Below are positions 56,254 to 64,000 of a stretch of DNA of 64,000 nucleotides, piece after piece. Under the pieces are notes generated by a model. The model was not told the DNA's origin, made no database searches, and was given only the letters and a program-made list of their open reading frames with translations. Numbering within the stretch: position 1 is the first letter of the stretch; each line of letters begins with the position of its first letter. Location: contig CATNEN010000038.1 of the NCBI GenBank assembly GCA_950097015.1, positions 6,386,001 to 6,450,000 of the forward strand. The letters are read 5' to 3'. The stretch is from Macrostomum hystrix. Taxonomy: Eukaryota; Animalia; Platyhelminthes. The position numbers and the translations under genes were made by a program.

Positions 56254-58033
56254 TTTCCAGTTCACTGCTTGATAGGGAATTTGCTAAGTCCAATTAAGGG
56301 ATCATGATGTATGAATTAAAAAATTCACCGATGGTCTGCTTTTATTTTATGCTATAAATTTCGTAGTGTATGTTAATAAAAAGTCATTTCAATTTTTACG
56401 ACAGTTTGAGAATATAATAAAATATAGAAAAACTGTCACATCGCGCGCTATTTAAGCCATGAGGCAAGACTGCGTCATGTAGAGATGAAGACGGGCGACC
56501 CCAGTGAGTAAAATTAATCTGCAATCTGACTACTAGATACAGTACGTCAGTGGCAGATGGACATATATATTGACTCCCCTCGTATGTAAGTGCTTACTAA
56601 ATGCAACAAATGCGGTTCGTGTACAGACCTTGTACGCGAGTGTGTCTTGTGTATCTGTGCATGCATGTATGCTTAAAGTAAAATATACAAATTTGTCTCG
56701 TTGTTGGCGGGGTTTAGCAGCATAATTAGTTATCATGCTCATACATATGTTGCTGTTTTATAAGGCTGCAGGGAAAAATTAGGATCTATTTCCTTAGCGT
56801 TTTTTCTATACACGCTGTGAAACGAATGCACGGTAATTGCGTGCTGCAGAACGGAACTAAACCTTTATATACTAAGCCTGAATAATTAAATCTCGATGGT
56901 ATATTTAGCCAACGTGGCAAGTTATGTATAGCCCCGTATACGATCGCTAGAAATACATACAGCAATAATAAAACACGACTATATTACCCGAAACAGATGT
57001 ACAACACGTTATGTTAATTTTTTTGTTAATTGATTTCTAGGATGAAATTAGCCGTGTGAAATTTGATTATGCGATTATTGTGGATATTATAGGAGGCGTT
57101 CTGGCAGATTCGCTCGAGCTTCGCTCAATTTCAACAGCGTCGAAAATGCATGATATTTATTCTTTCTGACTGTTAAAAAGCACAAAAATAGATATAAGAC
57201 ATGTATCCATGTGCAAGTTAGATTTCTATTAATTACTTCGCTATTGTAAAACGCAAATGCACGCACACTTGACGACCTAACTCTAATGAAGGGGTGGGTG
57301 GCAGAAGCGGTTGATGAAGTGCCTGAGCGCGATTCCCTAATGTAGATTATTATGTATTTTTGCCGATGTTAACAAGTTAAAAAAGGTGGTTTAAATAAAT
57401 TTTTGTTATAAAGAAAGAAAACAAAATGTTGATCACGCGAAAGAGACTTAGCAGCAGTATAGGAAACAGAGAACTCCATTGTTATTTCGCTTCACACCTT
57501 CACGAGGTAATTTTTTCGCAATGCCATGCACCGTCTGTATTTAATTCTTACCTATTTGACTATGCGCCTCTCACAGAGCTGATTAGCAAGTAGGTTTCGT
57601 GCATGGAGCCTTGTCATCGACTAGAAAAGAATTTCTGTAAATGCGATGCACATGTAAGTGTAATGCAGGGACGGCACTGAATCTCCACTACGTAATTATA
57701 GCAATCGCCACCTGAGCCTTAACTCTTGAGGATAGACTCATGAGATTAGTGGCTGCTTGCTACCCGCCCTCTGTGTAAGCCGCCATCATTAACACTTACA
57801 CTGCAGCATTAATGCTCCCAATATAATGGCGATACAAAATCCAGCAAAGAATTCACAAATAATTGTTTATTATGCCTATTTTCTCTTCACAATTCTCGGA
57901 CAAATTCAAGGTCACGGTAATTAAACAAGCAATAAAAATAATGTTACTGCTTCTACAGTGCCAAGATGGTCAATTGGTCAATAGTGGAAATACACTGCAA
58001 AGGATATATCTTGTAACAATTAATAGCATAGAA

Positions 58034-59812
58034 CAAGGGTCGGCAAACTTATTAGCTAGCGGGCCAAATAGTGAACCTAACAGACCACAGCTGGCAGCAT
58101 TGACAGTGGAAATATGAGAAAGGGGAGAGATGAGGCAAAGAAGAGATGACAGGAGAGATAAGACACAGGATAGATGAGACGAGGGAGAGATGAGACACGG
58201 GAGTGATGAGACACGGGAGAGATGAGATACGGGAGTGATGAGAGACGGGAGAGATGAGACACGGGAGAGATGAGATAGGGGAGAGATGAGACAGGAGAGA
58301 GATAAGACGAGGGATAGATAAGACACGGGATAGATGAGACAAGGGAGAGATGAGACACGGGAGAGATGAGACACGGGAGAGATGAGACACGGGAGAGATG
58401 AGACAAGGGAGAGATGAGACAAGGAAGAGATGAGACACGGGAGTGATGAGACACGGGAGTGATGAGACACGGGAGAGATGAGACACGGGGAGATGAGACA
58501 CGGGAGAGATGAGACACGGGAGTGATGAGACACGGGAGAGATGAGACACGGGAGAGATGAGACACGGGAGAGATGAGACACGGGAGAGATGAGATAGGGG
58601 AGAGATGAGACAGGAGAGAGATGAGACGAGGGATAGATAAGACACGGGATAGATGAGACAAGGGAGAGATGAGACACGGGAGAGATGAGACACGGGAGAG
58701 ATGAGACACGGGAGAGATGAGACACGGGGAGATGAGACACGGGAGAGATGAGACAAGGGAGAGATGAGACAAGGAAGAGATGAGACACGGGAGTGATGAG
58801 ACACGGGAGTGATGAGACACGGGAGAGATGAGACAAGGAAGAGATGAGACACGGGAGTGATGAGACACGGGAGTGATGAGACACGGGAGAGATGAGACAC
58901 GGGGAGATGAGACACGGGAGAGATGAGACAAGGGAGAGATGAGACACGGGAGAGATGAGACACGGGAGAGATGAGACACGGGAGAGATGAGATAGGGGAG
59001 AGATGAGACAGGAGAGAGATGAGACGAGGGATAGATAAAACACGGGATAGATGAGACAAGGGAGAGATGAGACACGGGAGAGATGAGACACGGGAGAGAT
59101 GAGACACGGGAGAGATGAGACACGGGAGAGATGAGACACGGGAGAGATGAGATAGGGGAGAGATGAGACAGGAGAGAGATGAGACGAGGGATAGATAAGA
59201 CACGGGATAGATGAGACAAGGGAGAGATGAGACACGGGAGTGATGAGACACGGGAGTGATGAGAGACGGGAGAGATGAGACACGGGAGAGATGAGAGACG
59301 GGAGAGATGAGACAAGGGAGAGATGAGACACGGGAGAGATGAGACACGGGGAGATGAGACACGGGGAGATGAGACAAGGGAGAGATGAGACACGGGAGTG
59401 ATGAGACACGGGAGTGATGAGACACGGGAGAGATGACTCAGATGAGACACGGGAGAGATGAGACACGGGAGAGATGAGACAAGGGAGAGATGAGACAAGG
59501 GAGAGATGAGACACGGGAGTGATGAGACACGGGAGTGATGAGACACGGGAGAGATGAGACACGGGAGAGATGAGACAAGGGAGAGATGAGACAAGGGAGA
59601 GATGAGACACGGGAGAGATGAGACACGGGAGTGATGAGAGACGGGAGAGATGAGACACGGGAGAGATGAGACACAGCAGAGACGAGGCCGAGAAGATATA
59701 AGACAGGGGAAAGATGAAACAGGATACTATAGGTGTCGGTAGGGGCAACGGGCCGGATTTGGGAGCATTGAGGGCCGCATCTTGCCCGCGGGCCGGAGTT
59801 TGCCGACCCCTG
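58034..59812. mobile_element. Non-autonomous hAT (Charlie-like) element with an internal 1.6-kb minisatellite
   Basis: Ends caagggtcggcaaact and agtttgccgacccctg (15/16 TIR), subterminal gcgggcc motifs, and 8-bp flanks gcatagaa / gcacggaa (6/8, decayed TSD). Confidence 0.8.
58120..59715. repeat. 16 bp minisatellite (gagagatgagacacgg)
   Basis: About 100 units, producing three spurious minus-strand ORFs. Confidence 0.96.
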
Positions 59813-62519
59813 GCACGGAAGATGCATTAAAAGTAGAATAAAATGGCGACCCAGTATAAACAATGCGACTTCGTTGCAAAAATAGTCTACGAAAATCTCT
59901 ATTAGAAATACTGCAGTGGATTTTATAGCAAAATGGGACAACTTTATGAAAGTGCACTGCATCTTCTCCTCTATCTTATCTTATCTAATCGTTCCACGTC
60001 AAGCTGGACTTTTATGAGAGTCTTCTGAATGGGAGCTGCATCGGGATTTGATTGCAGCTGCCTGCTGACATTCAATGTGCCTCATGATGCCTTCATCTAC
60101 GACTGGAATGTACGACAAACAACAAATCTACAGCTGTCAGTGAAACACAATAATGACTGCAGTCGTCGTTTTGTCTATGGCCGTAACCAATGTAAATAGG
60201 ACAGCACAAACGATCCCTTTCTGACCCTTCAGTTCACGATAGTCTTGCTTCTTTGACGTGTCTCTGGTTCAATCACTGTGGTGACCATTAACCATTTGCT
60301 GCACCCGAACGGAGCAACGCACACGAAACTCAAGAACACGGGCCAACTTTTTGTTGCGCATCTTCTGAAACCATAATCAAGTCGCCAGCCATTTAGGCCG
60401 TCGAGATATTCAACGGTTCTGGCCGAAGGTCAGATTTTTCCCATAAGTCTGCCTCAGTGCGGCCTTGCCAGGCATTCAAGATTTATCATTGATTAACTTT
60501 TCATTGGTTTAACTTTTCATTGATTACAATTTAATCCACTAAAGCTTGTTTTACCTTTGATTTCTACCGCCCTATAGTTTGTCACGGACTCCCCCCATTG
60601 TCCAACTGGCTTACTATAGCCTCGTGTCTATGTCCATTGTCTTCTAGGATGAGTAAATTCATACCATGAATGCTTTCTAAATTAAGAGATCAGTTGTGAA
60701 AATTTGTGCCAGTTCTGAAAAACTCAGGGAAATCTTGTCAGCACTACAAAGCCAGACAGTACTTGTAAAATGATCATCTGATTAACTTTCTCTGATGGCC
60801 ATCTCAGACACGGCATATACAGGATTTCAACTTTCCATCTCAGTATAGAGATAGTCAATTCCTGCAGTCTGGCAGACAAGCGGCCTTGGTTGACGCCGCT
60901 TCAGACCATGCAAACGACCCGACAGAAGACACGCGGGCCTGATCCATCATCCGGTTAGTGCATTCTTGTCCTGAGGTGCGTGCGGTCGCATAAGAAGTCG
61001 CATTGTGCCGCAGCCGAGCCTTGAATACGGATGCTGACAACAATGACACGGTGAGAAGGGGCTGAGAGAGAGAGAGCTTGATCACGCATGGCAACCAACC
61101 TCATCTTCGCGATAATCTCCCATTGTGGGAGACAAGTCCGCTTGTGAGCATGTAGTTTTTTGCACTCTCATCTAGACCGAAATCCTAACAGGCGATCCTC
61201 TATTATTTACAGTCAGAAAGTGACATTTGGAATCCGTGCTCTAGTTAAACTTGGGCTCAATGAAAACTATCAATTATTTCTACTGAATTTTCATATAATG
61301 GTACAAAAATGAATTTTTTAAGGCATAGGGAAAGAAATACATTCGATATTAGTGAATTGAGTCAGTCAGACAATTGAATTGAACAATTGAATCGCGCAAA
61401 TACACTTGTGGAGGGGTTGCACTGGCCTAGATTGCCACAATGGGAGCCTATGCGCGATCCACAGCAGGCAGTCGGGGGGGCGAGCTTTGGTATCTGGAGA
61501 ATATATGATTGGTCCACTGCTACAATAGGGGGAGGCTTCTGCTCCTACGGCATTGGCTGAGACAAGTCGACGTTTTCCAGATAAGCGCATAGATACAGCT
61601 TGGAGACCGAGGCAGTATCTGCTGGTACCTGCATCGCTGCCTCGCCGGAGCCACAATTCCCTTCCTGCAACTGCTGCTCTCAGGCGAGTTAACACTTTGG
61701 GGCTCCGGCTTTGACTATTTTTTGTCTATTTAAAGCTAAAAAAGCAATAAAATTCATAAGCTCATGGCTTCCAAATATTCCCATTCTCGACTCCAACCTC
61801 TGTCTGCGTCGCTAACTCGCGTACTCCTTCCTTCTCTATAGCAGCAGTGGGAAAAACAACACACTGGGAATTGAATACGTTGCGCACAACGGCAACTCCT
61901 CAACCCACCAGCCATTACCCCCGCAGCTAACGCAAAAAATAGCACTAGGGTGGCTGTTTAAAAAAGTGGCTCATTGTTGTTCCAGTCCGCGGTCTCTCTT
62001 TCCCTAATCCCAGGTCTGACCCTCCCCGCATTTGTAACTGTATATGGGGGATAATTTGCCCCTGAAGAATATCTACATTGGGATATGCACATTTATCTCT
62101 GGTTATGGCCTGGCCAGGAACTTTAGAGACAGACGCAGTTTGAGTACTCCAGCTGAACTACTTAGCTTCTATTGAACCTGAAAGCTATCAAGTAGCGAAT
62201 TCGTTTTTTTTCTCAGACCTGCACGATACGACTTCCGCTGTGACATCTGAGGAGTGAACATCGAACAGGAAATAAGAGCTGACATACTAGCCAATCTGCT
62301 CCTGAGATTATACTCAGCTTGCTCAAACAAAAGGTAAATAAATTGAAAACTTGTCTCTTTTACTCCTACTTATCCCGCGTACACTGAATGAAGCTGTCAA
62401 TGTGTCTTTTAATGTAATTACTTAAAAAACGGATGAAGTTTCTTGCATTGCTATTCCTTAATAGCACACGTTACTTAGATACTTAGATTGGCTGAACAAT
62501 ATTAATAATCATAATTAAT

Positions 62520-62840
62520 ATAATAATAATAATAATTGCATGAGGGCTGCGGCAAATGGCACAGCCCTCTGCCAGCGAGCCAGCGAGGAGGCAATTCTGC
62601 CCATTTCGCTGACTCCTGAGCACACACAGGTGTGTACATCTGCTCTGACTTTCTCATCGTCAGGCAGTGTACACTCTCACTGTGCCTTGGAGGTTGGCCC
62701 TCAGGGGCGTGAATTGCACGACAAACTCCCAAGCCTTCTCTCCACGGCTGCGCACCAAAGGAATATGGCTTCAGGAATCGAGCTCAGGGATCTTTGTCAG
62801 AGAGGCAAACTCGTTAACCGCTCTTTAGTTCACCCCCTTT
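62520..62840 (-). mobile_element. SINE family A, near full-length copy with an (ATT)n tail
   Basis: The minus strand aligns with 5676-6020 (gagcggttaacg..., gagggccaacctccaagg, caggagtcagcgaaatgg) and ends in attattatt. Confidence 0.72.
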
Positions 62841-64000
62841 GGCTGAACGACACCGAGATTTGTGAGCCCTAAACTAATTGTTTGCGTTATAGTGAAGCCG
62901 CTCAACTCAATGTTTATAGGCGGCACTCAAACAAAACGAAAGAAAGACAAGCTAGAGGACTCGAAGCACAAAAGCAGGGCAGTTTTCAGGCCGCGAGACA
63001 GATGCCATCGATTGCTTTGCAAATCATCAAAGGCCCTTTGATAAAGCAGCATATTGTTGACTGTACACTCCCTGCTTTGAAGCGAAACGAAGCGTAACGC
63101 CTTGATTATTGAGAGGGATAAAAACACTGATACAACTGAGCAACTCATTGTGCTATCATCGAGTTGCAATCTAGCTGACACATGCAGTGCTGTGCTGTGA
63201 AGTCATTCTACGCTGGTTCTATTCAGAAGTGCAAGTCACGGCAATGCTGCAGTGATTGTCTACTTTGATTTCCTTACCCTAGACAATCTCGTTAGCGCAA
63301 TGCGATTATTCAATCAATGGCGGTTGGAGGAAGTCGTGACTAAATAGCTTCATTGACGTTCGACCAATGTGAAGTGCTAGAAATAATTGGTTATCATTTA
63401 ATAGTCTATTAATAAAGGCACGTAGGAGAACACTAATAGTGTCGGCTGTAGATTTAATATAGATATAATTTAGACTCCTAGGGACAGCTCGCCCCATAGT
63501 AACAGATGTTTTTACCTGTTCAATTAAATAGACGGTCCCACTTTAAAATTTTTTCTTCTGCTGCTAATTATGAGGTTCTATTCAGGGCAACAAAAAGCAT
63601 TAAAACAGATTCAGAATTTTACTGATTGGATAGTCCGAAGGTGCAATCACTTCATTGTCCCATAAACCATTCGCTTTAGCTTCCGTCATGCCTAGAGCAT
63701 TGCTAAGTGACGGACGATTTCTGATAACTCGAGAGCATACTAAAAACTGTGCAGAACTAACCGGCTCCAAATATAAAATTTTATACTCAATAGCCGATTC
63801 TGAAAGTTGCCGACAGCACTTCCAGTGGCATAAAAAGTGCAAAGCTCACTTAAAAGTCTCCAGAACTTTCCGCGAAATCCCTAGCGAATAATCCCAACCC
63901 AAAGACTGAAATGAGGTCGTTCAGCTGTGAGCACTGCAGCCACCGATTGAGAGCGACAAAACTGTTCTGACTGCACTTTGGAAAAAAGTGGCGACAAATC

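Noticed and set aside
57970-59748. Three long overlapping SHLS/PCLIS ORFs
   Set aside because: 16-bp minisatellite open in all minus-strand frames.
59900-64000. Short ORFs at the window end as a gene
   Set aside because: No recognisable motifs, and I could not build a phase-consistent exon chain.

Overview
This is eukaryotic (animal) genomic DNA: GC-rich exons, GT-AG introns filled with unrelated 10-40 bp minisatellites, and several transposons. The architecture resembles the flatworm Macrostomum (inference, not proven). I reconstructed eight genes by hand, with splice phases consistent at every junction: (1) a PLP-dependent aromatic amino-acid decarboxylase, TDC-like but lacking the catalytic-loop Tyr (- strand, runs off the window start); (2) an unknown 7-exon, ~533 aa gene; (3-5) three paralogous type II membrane FkbM-family methyltransferases, one disrupted by a 5'-truncated LINE; (6) FTCD, nested within that methyltransferase cluster; (7) an 8-Cys Ly6/uPAR GPI-anchored protein; (8) a 13-exon mucin-like KIAA1549/UPF0606-like type I membrane protein with two candidate signal-peptide first exons. 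Mobile elements: an intact IS630/Tc1-type transposon with perfect 152-bp TIRs, a decayed Tc1/mariner, a piggyBac remnant, a hAT MITE swollen by a minisatellite, and two tRNA-derived SINE families, one with a MIR/CORE-like domain. Most long ORFs in the track are repeat artefacts. The best candidate for an undescribed system is the membrane-anchored FkbM methyltransferase cluster (possible Golgi glycan O-methyltransferases) interleaved with FTCD and next to the atypical decarboxylase.
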